Shown here piece by piece: positions 10,893 to 21,166 of a DNA stretch of 64,000 nucleotides (position 1 is its first letter; every line of letters begins with the position of its first letter). Made by a program: the position numbers and the translations under genes. The notes beneath the pieces were generated by a model. It made no database searches, was not told the origin of the DNA, and saw only the letters and a program-made list of their open reading frames with translations. Source of the DNA: a phage. The stretch lies in assembly GCA_025677605.1 (NCBI GenBank), contig GCA_025677605.1_4110.1; one strand, 5' to 3'.

Positions 10893-11371
10893 AGAGAAAG
10901 TTCCTCTGCAAGTAATTCCTCAATAAGTTCAAGATGTACTAAATCCAGATAGAAAGCACTGGCATTTACACTATTGAGATATGAATACAACATTATAGCA
11001 CGAACTGTTTCTTCTGTATAGATCAAAGATAACTGAAAGTGCGTCTCTTCAGTAGGCTTATAAGAACCTATATTATCAAGTACAATTGTCTCTTCCTCCC
11101 ATTGGAAGTAACATACAAGTGTATTCCCTGGGGTAAAGGTCATGTACAAATCCATTAGATTGTATTCTGAATCATCATAAATCGTAGCGTAGATGGCCTC
11201 TCTTTTGGATTTGAATGTAGGTAGTTTTATGACAAATGAACTTTTATCACAGCTTTTAATCTTATCGACATATGAACGCTTTTGGAACTCAGTACTTTCC
11301 ATTATAAGATGAATTTTGTAAATCTTTTTTGCAAAATCAATATCTTCCTGGAATGTCATTAATCTCTCCAT
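10889..11371 (-). CDS. FQ-motif family protein
   Basis: 160 aa; motif EETHFQLSLIY. Confidence 0.6.
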   Translation of the reverse strand: MERLMTFQEDIDFAKKIYKIHLIMESTEFQKRSYVDKIKSCDKSSFVIKLPTFKSKREAIYATIYDDSEYNLMDLYMTFTPGNTLVCYFQWEEETIVLDNIGSYKPTEETHFQLSLIYTEETVRAIMLYSYLNSVNASAFYLDLVHLELIEELLAEELSL

Positions 11372-11790
11372 TTTTTTCCTGGGAAATGCTTATCGTAGAA
11401 CTCATCATCACTAAGCATATAATCAGGAATTTCTCTTTCGATCTTTAAAAACTCTACATTAGTTGAAAAATATTCAGGGCTAGACTTAGGCACAAAGTCC
11501 ATTAAACCCTCCTGAATCTTCTTGAGAAGGTCAATATCACCACGGTAAGGACATACTAAGCTGTACTGAAATAGCTCGTCAGGTGGCATTACAGCGAGAT
11601 TCTCAATGTCATATTGTGAGTTATCTTTGTGAGAATAGATATAGAATTTATTCTCCGGTACTGGTTGTGTTACTTTAGAATAATACAATTCGTTATTATC
11701 ATCCAGCATTACACTATGAGTGCAACCATACGTTTGAAATCTTGTATTAAGTAAAGCCTTTGATTTAACTTTTATAATTTCAAAATACAT
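11359..11790 (-). CDS. FQ-motif family protein
   Basis: 143 aa; motif PDELFQYSLVC. Confidence 0.6.
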   Translation of the reverse strand: MYFEIIKVKSKALLNTRFQTYGCTHSVMLDDNNELYYSKVTQPVPENKFYIYSHKDNSQYDIENLAVMPPDELFQYSLVCPYRGDIDLLKKIQEGLMDFVPKSSPEYFSTNVEFLKIEREIPDYMLSDDEFYDKHFPGKKWRD

Positions 11791-12128
11791 TAATCCACCT
11801 CAAGTGTAAATTTGTGCATCATAAATGATTTAACCAGAAATAAATCTTTGTGTTTTAGTTTCTGAAGAGACTCCAACAAAATATTCTGTACATCTAATAA
11901 TTCGTATACATCATATTCAAATGCAGTGCTCATTTGAAATAGTTCTTCTTCACTTAAATTGTAAAGAAGTTCCAAATTCGTATCTTTATGTTTAGTAGAA
12001 ATAAAAGATACAATGGATTCATCCTCTTCTACAGAGAAGATAACCCAATGTCCAGCCTTGCATTCTTTTTGGACAATAAAAATTTCATCACCATCGTGCA
12101 TGTACTCAATATCAACTACTTTTCCCAT
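11790..12128 (-). CDS. FQ-motif family protein
   Basis: 112 aa; motif EEELFQMSTAF. Confidence 0.6.
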   Translation of the reverse strand: MGKVVDIEYMHDGDEIFIVQKECKAGHWVIFSVEEDESIVSFISTKHKDTNLELLYNLSEEELFQMSTAFEYDVYELLDVQNILLESLQKLKHKDLFLVKSFMMHKFTLEVD

Positions 12129-12615
12129 TTAGATATCCCTTGCATACTTCAAAATCATTCAAATCAAAATAGAAGTCAGTTTCAATTTCATGCTTATATC
12201 GGAGAAAACCGTAGAGTGTTATGACATTCAATACCAACATATTCATAGTAGTACTGAACTGAAAGTAATCTTCTTCAGAAATTAGTTTTACATCTTCTTC
12301 CTTGATACTACTCTTTTTATTACGACCATTTTCATCACGTAAATCTACTACAACTTCACCTTCTTTTGAGTAAGATAGGTAATTCATGCCTACACTATAT
12401 TCACTATCATCAAATGATTCACAGAAGATTTCCATCATTTCGCCTGATTTCTGTGTATATGTTAAACAACTTTTCCTATCCCTGTTAAGACTCTTTTTTC
12501 GAGAATACATTGAACCAAATGCTGTAGTATTGTTCTTGAATTCATCATAGATTTCGTAGATATCTTTTGCGTACTGTTCAATCTCATCGTAATTAAGTTT
12601 GCTAATATCAGGCAT
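12112..12615 (-). CDS. FQ-motif family protein
   Basis: 167 aa; motif EEDYFQFSTTM. Confidence 0.6.
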   Translation of the reverse strand: MPDISKLNYDEIEQYAKDIYEIYDEFKNNTTAFGSMYSRKKSLNRDRKSCLTYTQKSGEMMEIFCESFDDSEYSVGMNYLSYSKEGEVVVDLRDENGRNKKSSIKEEDVKLISEEDYFQFSTTMNMLVLNVITLYGFLRYKHEIETDFYFDLNDFEVCKGYLNGKSS

Positions 12616-13112
12616 TACAATTCTCCTACACGATTAATATGATCCAACATGATATCATAATCACTAAGGTCAAAGTAAAATTGGGCATCTGGTGGTAATT
12701 TTTTATGCAATTCAGATATTGCAGTTAATGCAAAAACCACATCTTCTGAATAGATTGTGCAGTACTGAAAGTATTCACACTCATCATTGATATCAATGAG
12801 ATCTATCTCTTCGCACTCCAAAAATTCTTTATAAAAACGAAGAGTACCTTTCGCTTTCGCATTGAATCCAAAGAATGACGAACCAAGAATTCTGACATTA
12901 TTATGTGCTTCAACTTTGCTGTATAACATATGCATACGAAATGACAGGATACTGGATACCTGTACTGTATCGGTAAACATTTCACCACTTTTGGGGTCCA
13001 CATATGTAACGTCAAAATTAGTTTCAACATCTCTTAAAAAGTTATGAATGCGAATTAAATTGTCTGCAAAAGTTATAGCATTACTGTATGAGAGTTCAGG
13101 ATTGAATTGCAT
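12615..13112 (-). CDS. FQ-motif family protein
   Basis: 165 aa; motif DECEYFQYCTIY. Confidence 0.6.
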   Translation of the reverse strand: MQFNPELSYSNAITFADNLIRIHNFLRDVETNFDVTYVDPKSGEMFTDTVQVSSILSFRMHMLYSKVEAHNNVRILGSSFFGFNAKAKGTLRFYKEFLECEEIDLIDINDECEYFQYCTIYSEDVVFALTAISELHKKLPPDAQFYFDLSDYDIMLDHINRVGEL

Positions 13113-13168
13113 GATATGATCCTTTTCGTATTAGATGAAAAAGATTATATCATGCACAGAAGGAGGTG

Positions 13169-13705
13169 TCAAGATGGATTACGAACAAAATTCCAAATTA
13201 GATCGTAAAAAGTAAGGTCAACATAAAAAGGAGGGAAGTTATTCTGTTTAAGCCAAGAGAACATGAATTGTACACCAACTATGTACGGGTCGTCAACAGT
13301 ACTCATCTGAAAGAACAGTTCTTCGGTAAGTTCTTCTTCTATAAATGGTATAACAATGTCTGCCTCTTCATAAAAGAACTTTATTCTGTCATAGTCAGGT
13401 GAATAACTTAAAAAGCCACCGCTGTATTTTGGATCATATTCAGGGTCATTAAATTTGTTGATATTGAACATATCAACACTGTACCCGTCATCATCCAGAC
13501 CTCTTGAACGAATACTGAAGTAATCATAACTTGAATCAATAAATCTGTCAGATTTTACCCAAATAGAAGTCTCTCTGTTATTACAAATGAACTCATGGAT
13601 TTGCATAAGATCTTGAGCAGTACTGCGAGCGTGTTCAAAAGTGTCAACCTTTAAATGGTGAGTACCGTCCCAATCATCTTTCTCTATTCTGTCATAATCT
13701 AACAT
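13169..13705 (-). CDS. FQ-motif family protein
   Basis: 178 aa; motif EELFFQMSTVD; preceded by RBS-like ggaggt. Confidence 0.6.
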   Translation of the reverse strand: MLDYDRIEKDDWDGTHHLKVDTFEHARSTAQDLMQIHEFICNNRETSIWVKSDRFIDSSYDYFSIRSRGLDDDGYSVDMFNINKFNDPEYDPKYSGGFLSYSPDYDRIKFFYEEADIVIPFIEEELTEELFFQMSTVDDPYIVGVQFMFSWLKQNNFPPFYVDLTFYDLIWNFVRNPS

Positions 13706-13707
13706 AA

Positions 13708-14046
13708 TTAAACCTCTTTGTATTGGACAATAAATTCCAGTTCTCTTTGTAGTTCACATGGATAGTTATTCATTATATCTTTCATTAGTTGTTGATACTT
13801 AAATAACTTTTCAATATCTACAATTCTATTATACTCCCATACTAATGATTCCTGAAATAACTCTTCTTCACTATAATCACTGTAATCAAAAATATGAAAT
13901 ACATCTCGTGCTAAATTATTAGTGATTATCTTGAACATATTCTTTTCATATGTAAGATAATAAAAATGTTCTTTCTTGTGGTTATAACCTAACTCAATCA
14001 TTACATAGTACTGATGTTTGGCTATAGTAACTTTAACTAAATCCAT
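13708..14046 (-). CDS. FQ-motif family protein
   Basis: 112 aa; motif EEELFQESLVW. Confidence 0.6.
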   Translation of the reverse strand: MDLVKVTIAKHQYYVMIELGYNHKKEHFYYLTYEKNMFKIITNNLARDVFHIFDYSDYSEEELFQESLVWEYNRIVDIEKLFKYQQLMKDIMNNYPCELQRELEFIVQYKEV

Positions 14047-14459
14047 CAGTACTCAACCTCTACATGAATAGATTCAGGAAACTTAGTCATATGATCTTCT
14101 GGATAGTTCTGCATTGCTTTGATCATCTCTACCTGTGTAGCACGGACGTATTCAATTGGTGCTCCTGGTAAATCCCAAACTGTACTTTCCTGAAAGAATT
14201 CCTCTTCTGACAGTACTGTAAGATTTACAAAATCATTACGATAATTTTTTGAATCATCATATGTGAAGATTTTAAAAGACCCATTTTCATATAGTACAAG
14301 AACAAAATGGGAGAATTTTTGTAATGCATCAAACCTTTCCACGACCGCATGATTCAGTGTACAAATGACCTCTTTTTTCCTCATACCGAATTGGATTCTA
14401 ATTTCTTTTTTCATAAAATCTCCTTCAGATGAGTACAAAATTTGTACAGTATATTGCAA
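14046..14459 (-). CDS. FQ-motif family protein
   Basis: 137 aa; motif EEEFFQESTVW. Confidence 0.6.
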   Translation of the reverse strand: MQYTVQILYSSEGDFMKKEIRIQFGMRKKEVICTLNHAVVERFDALQKFSHFVLVLYENGSFKIFTYDDSKNYRNDFVNLTVLSEEEFFQESTVWDLPGAPIEYVRATQVEMIKAMQNYPEDHMTKFPESIHVEVEY

Positions 14460-15061
14460 TCCGCAATGTACAATAACTCAAGAATTTTGGAATTCTGAAA
14501 TTCCTTACACAGAACATTAGAACTGTATACTGATGCTGAATCCACATTCATAATCAAATCCTGTTGGAATGCAACATCAGTACTTGGATTGAGATCCACA
14601 TCTTGTACTGCACCTTTATTATAAAATGAAGTACCTGTGCCTAAATTCTTACCCAATCCAATAATGAAAGAAGTACTGGAATTTAATGTAAGTTGATACA
14701 GATTGCTTCTTACATCGTAGAAGAAACGATTTAAATCACGATCAATCTTGAAATCATCATTGCATTTAATCAAATCACGCTTTGACATATATGGTTTAAT
14801 ATACATAAAGTTCACACCATTATATGAAAGCTCACATTCTTTTTGTGTTTTATTAAATGATTTAACTAAATCACGAAATGTAGAAGGTGATTGACTCAGT
14901 ACTGTATCGTAATAATATTCAGCAGTACTGATGAGTAGCTTAGCTTTCTCGTGAATATCAAATGTGGAAGTTTTGTTTAAATTGATCAATTCTTCTCTCC
15001 ATTTCATCAATACAAGTATCAATGTCTTCATAATTTGCATATACAAATACAGGAGCATCAT
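14411..15061 (-). CDS. FQ-family-like protein (diverged)
   Basis: 216 aa; TDVAFQQDLIM; start probably internal. Confidence 0.5.
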   Translation of the reverse strand: MMLLYLYMQIMKTLILVLMKWREELINLNKTSTFDIHEKAKLLISTAEYYYDTVLSQSPSTFRDLVKSFNKTQKECELSYNGVNFMYIKPYMSKRDLIKCNDDFKIDRDLNRFFYDVRSNLYQLTLNSSTSFIIGLGKNLGTGTSFYNKGAVQDVDLNPSTDVAFQQDLIMNVDSASVYSSNVLCKEFQNSKILELLYIADCNILYKFCTHLKEIL

Positions 15062-15506
15062 CCCTTAAACGAAGGATATTCCACAAAGAAATACCAAACA
15101 CTTCAATATCATTGTGCACTGTACTTAACTGAAAAACACTTTCTTCATTAATTTCAAGGTGTGGTAAATCTATGTGTTTGTCAACATCACTCAACGATGT
15201 AACATCAACTGCACTCGCTCCTGCATTAAAAGTATTCAGTACTGTCGAATCTTTTCTGTACACTAATCCATACAATTCCCCATTGTTATGGGTGCACATA
15301 GATAATTTTCCATTTGTTTCAGGAACAGAACCGAACTTAATAAGTGTTCGGCCTGAAGATCTGAAAGACATATACGTCATGTAATCGTGTTGTGAAACAT
15401 CTAGCTCACTACGGGCAAGTATACGCTCATCTTGCAGTACTACTTCCGTCAATTTGGTTAGTGTACTTAACTTATTTGCAAAAGAAATTATCTCATCATA
15501 GGTCAT
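14958..15506 (-). CDS. FQ-motif family protein
   Basis: 182 aa; motif EESVFQLSTVH. Confidence 0.6.
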   Translation of the reverse strand: MTYDEIISFANKLSTLTKLTEVVLQDERILARSELDVSQHDYMTYMSFRSSGRTLIKFGSVPETNGKLSMCTHNNGELYGLVYRKDSTVLNTFNAGASAVDVTSLSDVDKHIDLPHLEINEESVFQLSTVHNDIEVFGISLWNILRLRDDAPVFVYANYEDIDTCIDEMERRIDQFKQNFHI

Positions 15507-15732
15507 AGTGTTCGCTCATTTCATTCATATATTCATAGCACGATAGGTATATAATTTTTTTAATCATAAAAGACATATCAGATTTATCACTGTCCTCTGC
15601 AATACGAAAAATATAACGCATATTAGCAAAGATATAAAGAGGTATATCAGATGCTTCAGTACCAGAAAATATATCTATAATAAACCCATAACTGAAATCC
15701 GATGCTGGTGCTTGTTCAAAAGTATTGTCCAT
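15496..15732 (-). CDS. hypothetical small protein
   Basis: 78 aa ORF in array. Confidence 0.4.
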   Translation of the reverse strand: MDNTFEQAPASDFSYGFIIDIFSGTEASDIPLYIFANMRYIFRIAEDSDKSDMSFMIKKIIYLSCYEYMNEMSEHYDL

Positions 15733-15922
15733 TTTTCATCCTTATAATACCCAATAGGTACTTAATATACGTCTCAACTGAAGCCTCCTGGTATTGTGTC
15801 CCTATGTACATCAGTAACTGTAATTCCGACACGTCATTTTGATTGGAAGACCTGATTGCAGTGAACATTTGAGCACTGTATTGGTTAAGAATATCTTGCA
15901 TGTCTCTGTGTCTTATACCCAC
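15716..15922 (-). CDS. LGT-motif family small protein
   Basis: 68 aa; MYIGTQYQEASV. Confidence 0.5.
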   Translation of the reverse strand: MGIRHRDMQDILNQYSAQMFTAIRSSNQNDVSELQLLMYIGTQYQEASVETYIKYLLGIIRMKNGQYF

Positions 15923-16140
15923 GGTGACTCCCCCTTTCCTTGAACTTTATTCTGAATTAATTTCTGAAGGTTAAAAATGTAATCTTTCATCACAACCTCT
16001 TGATAATTAGTTCCAAGAAAATGATTCAACTTGTAATCATGATATGGTCGCCTCTTCTTCAAAAGGGGATGAAATGTATTCCATTTTGTGTAAATGTCAG
16101 AACACATCCTGTAGTACTGGTGTTTTGGAATATACTTCAT
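15913..16140 (-). CDS. LGT-motif family small protein
   Basis: 75 aa; HFLGTNYQEVVM. Confidence 0.5.
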   Translation of the reverse strand: MKYIPKHQYYRMCSDIYTKWNTFHPLLKKRRPYHDYKLNHFLGTNYQEVVMKDYIFNLQKLIQNKVQGKGESPWV

Positions 16141-16706
16141 AGTATACCATCAACGAATACATCTTCGAATTCAAATGTTGAAGTATCAATGTATAAATTA
16201 CTTCTGAAGTTCATTTGCATCTCCATATATAGACGTAGAATCATGTACATGTCATCAGTACATGACAATTGAAACATCTGCTCTTCAAATGCGTTGTAAT
16301 TGTATTTCGGGATTTCAATAGTACTACTCTTTACTGTATCCCACCAGTTCTGAATACCAAAATATAATTCAGTACTTTTTCCTGTATAAAACAAATTCAT
16401 GATTTGATTTTTTTCATTCAAGTACAAACGGTTCGTGCCGCATACGGCAATACCAATACCAATAAGTGTAAGTGCAGGAAGACCGTCACGTAATACACGA
16501 CAACGATGAAATGTACCACCCTTATAGACTGACTGTAGGTAGTATCCTTCTTTAATAATGTCTCGTGATGGAATCAAACCAGTACTGCAATCCTTAAGCA
16601 AAGGAACTATAATGTTGATTTTACGAGATAATTCCTGCATTTCCTCTGCATTGTAAGCATCAATAATCATTTCATGTGCACCTTTTGAATTAATATTACT
16701 GTGCAT
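16137..16706 (-). CDS. FQ-motif family protein
   Basis: 189 aa; motif EEQMFQLSCTD. Confidence 0.6.
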   Translation of the reverse strand: MHSNINSKGAHEMIIDAYNAEEMQELSRKINIIVPLLKDCSTGLIPSRDIIKEGYYLQSVYKGGTFHRCRVLRDGLPALTLIGIGIAVCGTNRLYLNEKNQIMNLFYTGKSTELYFGIQNWWDTVKSSTIEIPKYNYNAFEEQMFQLSCTDDMYMILRLYMEMQMNFRSNLYIDTSTFEFEDVFVDGIL

Positions 16707-16742
16707 TGTAACACAGTACAGGCTCTTGTCAATAGCATGAAC

Positions 16743-17189
16743 TCATTTTTTAGAACTAATCTTACGTAAGTACTCAAAGTAATCTAAATCAATGTATACC
16801 TGATCGTGCTTCAAGTTCATAGTACTAATAAGATAAAACAAACGTAATACATGTAGTTCTTCATGATTCAGTACTGTACTCAATTGAAAGTATCCTTCTT
16901 CATTACCTACACTTTGTATTGTCTCTCTGGTATACACTGTACGGTCATCACTACTGTCACGTACCACAATCAACTCGTCTGCAAGTGCATTATAGGAGAT
17001 GTAATTTGAATAAGAATTGAAAAATGATTGCTCTTCCGAGCACCCACCACAGAAAGTAAAATATACACACCCACCTTTCTCGTATTCAAGCTCACTACCC
17101 AATACGTTAGGATTATCATTGAAGTACTTGATTATTTGTACAATATCCTGAACCAACTTATCATTTACTTCATAATAATAAAAAAACAT
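16743..17189 (-). CDS. FQ-motif family protein
   Basis: 148 aa; motif EEGYFQLSTVL. Confidence 0.6.
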   Translation of the reverse strand: MFFYYYEVNDKLVQDIVQIIKYFNDNPNVLGSELEYEKGGCVYFTFCGGCSEEQSFFNSYSNYISYNALADELIVVRDSSDDRTVYTRETIQSVGNEEGYFQLSTVLNHEELHVLRLFYLISTMNLKHDQVYIDLDYFEYLRKISSKK

Positions 17190-17194
17190 TACAA

Positions 17195-17650
17195 TTACCT
17201 CTTATATTTCTGTGTCTCTATGTATTCATAATCCATATAGAAACATGTTGAATCTATACTTTTAAAGTACCACATAATGACCAGAGTATCGAGTTCATGT
17301 TCAGTATATACAGTACTTTGCTGAAAGTAATACTCTTCACTATCCCACGGACCATCCAGTACTGAAAACGGAATTGTCAAATCTTTAGCATAATAATCAG
17401 GGTTGTATACGGTTATATCTGACCCTGGGTAGTAATTGATAAAGTAGTACAAAGGGTTATAACCACAATTATCATGATCATAATCATCACATTGCAGTAC
17501 TAATGTATCAGAACCATCAAAATCCTCAATATTCTTCGTGCAATATTCAGTCTCTGACATTTTGAAGATACCTGGAATTTCTCCACCTTTGACCTTAATC
17601 ATGTACTCATGAATCTTCTTTGCTTCTTTTAATGCACTTTGTAACGACAT
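17195..17650 (-). CDS. FQ-motif family protein (close paralog triplet, copy 1)
   Basis: 151 aa; DGPWDSEEYYFQQSTVY; N-terminus MSLQSALKEAKKIHEY. Confidence 0.65.
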   Translation of the reverse strand: MSLQSALKEAKKIHEYMIKVKGGEIPGIFKMSETEYCTKNIEDFDGSDTLVLQCDDYDHDNCGYNPLYYFINYYPGSDITVYNPDYYAKDLTIPFSVLDGPWDSEEYYFQQSTVYTEHELDTLVIMWYFKSIDSTCFYMDYEYIETQKYKR

Positions 17651-18093
17651 TACAAATCCCCTGTACTTAAATATTCACATGCTCCCCAGTCAAGAAAGAA
17701 TGGTTCAAAATTCAATTCCTTAAAGTACCACAACACAACCAAGGAATCAAGCATTTCTTGGTTAAAAATGAGACTCTGTTGGAAGTAATACTCTTCAGTA
17801 CCCCACGGGCCATCAAGTACCCCGAAGTCAACAGGTGAATTTGATGTGTCAAAAGTAATCTTAGTACCTGGAATATATACCATAAAACTAGTATATTGAC
17901 TACATGAAGAGTACTGTATAGTATTGTCTTTATCATGACCCATAAGTAAAATATCAGCAGAGTATGTCTTTATACCTGATAGATAATACTCATTACCAAA
18001 TGCACTTACTTTATCACCATAGAACCCACTTTTTATGTTATCGTGGAAGTGATGTATTTTGTTGGCTAGTTCTAGTGCTCTTTCTAAACTCAT
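17650..18093 (-). CDS. FQ-motif family protein (close paralog triplet, copy 2)
   Basis: 147 aa; DGPWGTEEYYFQQSLIF. Confidence 0.65.
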   Translation of the reverse strand: MSLERALELANKIHHFHDNIKSGFYGDKVSAFGNEYYLSGIKTYSADILLMGHDKDNTIQYSSCSQYTSFMVYIPGTKITFDTSNSPVDFGVLDGPWGTEEYYFQQSLIFNQEMLDSLVVLWYFKELNFEPFFLDWGACEYLSTGDL

Positions 18094-18094
18094 T

Positions 18095-18577
18095 TCAACC
18101 CCTGTGAAGTTTATTAATACCGTTATCTACAGTTTTCTTTACGTATCTGTAATCGAAATAGAAGTTCTCAGAACCAATACTTTTAAAGTACCACATAATT
18201 ACAATACAATCAAGTTCTTCTTCATTGTATACAGTACTTTGTTGGAAGTAATACTCTTCACTATCCCACGGACCATCCAGTACTGCACACGGAATTATAA
18301 TGTCATCGGTATCGTGGACAGTACTGTAGATGGTAATATCTCCACCATTAACATAGACCATGTACTCATTATGCATATCAATGAAACATTCATAATCATT
18401 AGGGTCGGTATCTAGTACGCACGTTTCTGTATCTGGGAAGTCATTATCAATGAGGTTATCAGAGACATAATATTGAGTACTTGTGTCTTTGAAAATACCG
18501 TAAACTGAACCTTCTTTTGCCATATTCATGTACTCATGAATCTTCTTTGCTTCTTGTAATGCTCTTTTTAAACTCAT
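18095..18577 (-). CDS. FQ-motif family protein (close paralog triplet, copy 3)
   Basis: 160 aa; DGPWDSEEYYFQQSTVY; N-terminus MSLKRALQEAKKIHEY. Confidence 0.65.
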   Translation of the reverse strand: MSLKRALQEAKKIHEYMNMAKEGSVYGIFKDTSTQYYVSDNLIDNDFPDTETCVLDTDPNDYECFIDMHNEYMVYVNGGDITIYSTVHDTDDIIIPCAVLDGPWDSEEYYFQQSTVYNEEELDCIVIMWYFKSIGSENFYFDYRYVKKTVDNGINKLHRG

Positions 18578-18748
18578 TTCAACCCCTGTGAAGTGTCTTG
18601 ATATATTCTCTGTACGCCATGTGAATATTAGCTATATACAATTCTATACCGTACTTGTCATTTGTAATACAGTTCTTGTGTTGGATATCATTAACAAAAC
18701 GACGAATAACTGCATTCATTAATGATTCCATTTGTTCTTTTTTAAGCA

Positions 18749-19075
18749 TCAGTACTCCAGATTAATAGAATAAATGCAAGAACGAACTATTTGGTCCTTG
18801 TTATCTCTGTAGTACTTTTGTAATGCAAGGTACATAAAGAAATCGATTTCTTTATCCCATACTAATGATTCCTGAAATATAAAACTTTCATAGTTCTCCA
18901 TGTATTCACATTCGATGTAATTAGGAAGCTTATCTGTTTTGGATACGTACTCAATATTACATTCATTGAAATCACGAATAATCAATATAGGTGTTTTATT
19001 CAATGTAGTAAAAAAGCACGTATAAGTAAAACCACTTCCCATTGTACTTGAAGAAACATATATTTTAGTATTCAT
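18749..19075 (-). CDS. FQ-motif family protein
   Basis: 108 aa; motif YESFIFQESLVW. Confidence 0.55.
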   Translation of the reverse strand: MNTKIYVSSSTMGSGFTYTCFFTTLNKTPILIIRDFNECNIEYVSKTDKLPNYIECEYMENYESFIFQESLVWDKEIDFFMYLALQKYYRDNKDQIVRSCIYSINLEY

Positions 19076-19419
19076 TAGAATCTACTCTTAAGAAGTTTAT
19101 TACAGTGCTCATTGTATTCTTCCTCGGAAATAACTTGAGTACTGCTATTGTTGAAATGATTTCTATAATGACCAGTATTCAAACAGAATGATGCGTTATT
19201 GCGAGTTATAATGTATTTCACAATTTCTCCGCACCAGACTTCTCCAGTGAAAGTCTTTATTTTAATTTTAGTACCATTATGTTTTTTCTGAAGTACTACT
19301 TTTATTTCTTCGAACATTTCATTAAAGAACGAAAGACTTGTCCATCCGTGCATTAAATCTTCAATTTCATATAATGTATTCTGAAGAAGATCTATTTCAC
19401 GGTATTCATTGTATGTCAT
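19075..19419 (-). CDS. hypothetical protein (no FQ motif)
   Basis: 114 aa ORF coupled in array. Confidence 0.45.
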   Translation of the reverse strand: MTYNEYREIDLLQNTLYEIEDLMHGWTSLSFFNEMFEEIKVVLQKKHNGTKIKIKTFTGEVWCGEIVKYIITRNNASFCLNTGHYRNHFNNSSTQVISEEEYNEHCNKLLKSRF

Positions 19420-19430
19420 AGTTAAGACCC

Positions 19431-19787
19431 CTATAGATTGAAATAGTACTGAACAGTCTTGTGCTTATCTTGAGTTAATTCTATCATGCACTTCGCAGAG
19501 TATTCTTTCATGATATTCTGAATACCAATAACTTCATCTAGTGTACAAATATATTTCTTATCGAACACTAATGACTCCTGAAATAGAGTCGCCTCATCCA
19601 TTTCTGTATAGTCCAGTAGAGGTTCATTAACACCACCACCCACTCGACCGTAATCAATAAAAGAAAATCCATTTGAGGTGTACTTAATATATTGGTCCAA
19701 CGAATGATTGGTATCACCCTTAACGAGATTACAATAGAACTCAACCTTTTTGTAGAAAAAACTGTGAATAGCAAAATCATTGCTCAT
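19431..19787 (-). CDS. FQ-motif family protein
   Basis: 118 aa; motif DEATLFQESLVF. Confidence 0.6.
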   Translation of the reverse strand: MSNDFAIHSFFYKKVEFYCNLVKGDTNHSLDQYIKYTSNGFSFIDYGRVGGGVNEPLLDYTEMDEATLFQESLVFDKKYICTLDEVIGIQNIMKEYSAKCMIELTQDKHKTVQYYFNL

Positions 19788-20000
19788 AATAACCTCTACT
19801 ATAATTAATAAGGTAAACTACAATATAAGGAGCACGTTCGGCGGCGGGGTATTTTTTTGTTTAAGGAAACATGAACTGTACTCTGAAAAACACAATATAA
19901 AATTTTATATTAAACATATACCTTAACATGTTTTTCAGCGAAAATTTTTTTGACCCCCCAAAACGCCCCCAAAAACAAGCCTATATTTATCATTTTAAAA

Positions 20001-20567
20001 TTACCCCTTTTCCGCGACCTTATCAAACACGTACTGTATGTACTGATTCAATGCAATGAGATCGATATCTCTGTCAAATCTCAACGTTAACTTCTCTGTC
20101 AACTCCCCGAAGGTATCATAATAATGCTTAACAAAATAACGATATCGTATTGAATTATAATCGTGCAATGTACTGTACTGAAACACTACATCAGGACTAT
20201 ATGGCATCAAATCAATAAGCTCACTTACTTTTAATTTCTCATTTTCGCCATTATTTTTAACTGTTATATATTCATTTGAACTGAACCATGCACATGATAC
20301 ATCTGAACAAATTGATGTTGTACTGTAAAATCTATCTGTACTCACAAATAATACACTATGTGATTTGTTGGATTTTCTTTCGTAAATCGATAAATCCGAC
20401 ATAAGCGTAATGATTGGTTCGTGTCGAAATTTATTATGCTGGTACGTTTCCTGAAACGCATTCGGATTTTTGTAAATCCTATCTACAATTAAATACAACC
20501 CCTTGATGTATTCTAAATCATCTTCTATCGCTTTGCATGTACTTTCTATGTCCTGAAGGTCCAGCAT
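20001..20567 (-). CDS. FQ-motif family protein
   Basis: 188 aa; motif PDVVFQYSTLH. Confidence 0.6.
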   Translation of the reverse strand: MLDLQDIESTCKAIEDDLEYIKGLYLIVDRIYKNPNAFQETYQHNKFRHEPIITLMSDLSIYERKSNKSHSVLFVSTDRFYSTTSICSDVSCAWFSSNEYITVKNNGENEKLKVSELIDLMPYSPDVVFQYSTLHDYNSIRYRYFVKHYYDTFGELTEKLTLRFDRDIDLIALNQYIQYVFDKVAEKG

Positions 20568-21103
20568 TACTCCCCCTTAATCTCTTTGAGATCTTTTACT
20601 AACCTATCGTACCACGTTAAAGCTAAAAAGAAATTCGTTTTCACATTAGCACGTAATACATTATATACTTGCTGCACCTGTAAAACATAAGGATCTTGTA
20701 CTAAGGACTCCTGAAAATATTCTTCAGGACTCAGGATGTTAGGATTCAAGGTTGCAATATCAACGTGCTTTGTTAAACCAAAAAAGGTTTCTTCCTCTCT
20801 CTTGCTCATATCCAAATAACGAATCCAATTCACTGGAGCGAACTCTTCAGATGCTGATGTAGCCGATGTAATAGCATTGAACAAAAGACAATACTCTAAC
20901 TGCATCTTCTCACCTACAGCGTGCATTACCGTATCTCTCCTGTAATACACAATAGAGGGATACTTTTCAATATCGCTCTTAGGCTCAAGCCATCCTTCCT
21001 TGTGCTTAGGATAGATGTGGTCAAAATCCCCAGCCTCAAACGCCTGTACGATTTTTACTAAATTGTCAGCGAACTCGTACTCAAAATGTTTGTGCTGGAT
21101 CAT
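20567..21103 (-). CDS. FQ-motif family protein
   Basis: 178 aa; motif PEEYFQESLVQ. Confidence 0.6.
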   Translation of the reverse strand: MIQHKHFEYEFADNLVKIVQAFEAGDFDHIYPKHKEGWLEPKSDIEKYPSIVYYRRDTVMHAVGEKMQLEYCLLFNAITSATSASEEFAPVNWIRYLDMSKREEETFFGLTKHVDIATLNPNILSPEEYFQESLVQDPYVLQVQQVYNVLRANVKTNFFLALTWYDRLVKDLKEIKGE

Positions 21104-21130
21104 CTAAATCACTCCCGTCTTTGTTGTATT

Positions 21131-21166
21131 GTGTGTTATTGCATGTTATTGCATGTTATTGCGTAT
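21131..21166. repeat. short tandem repeat (TGTTATTGCA x3)
   Basis: tgtgttattgcatgttattgcatgttattgcg in intergenic spacer. Confidence 0.6.
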
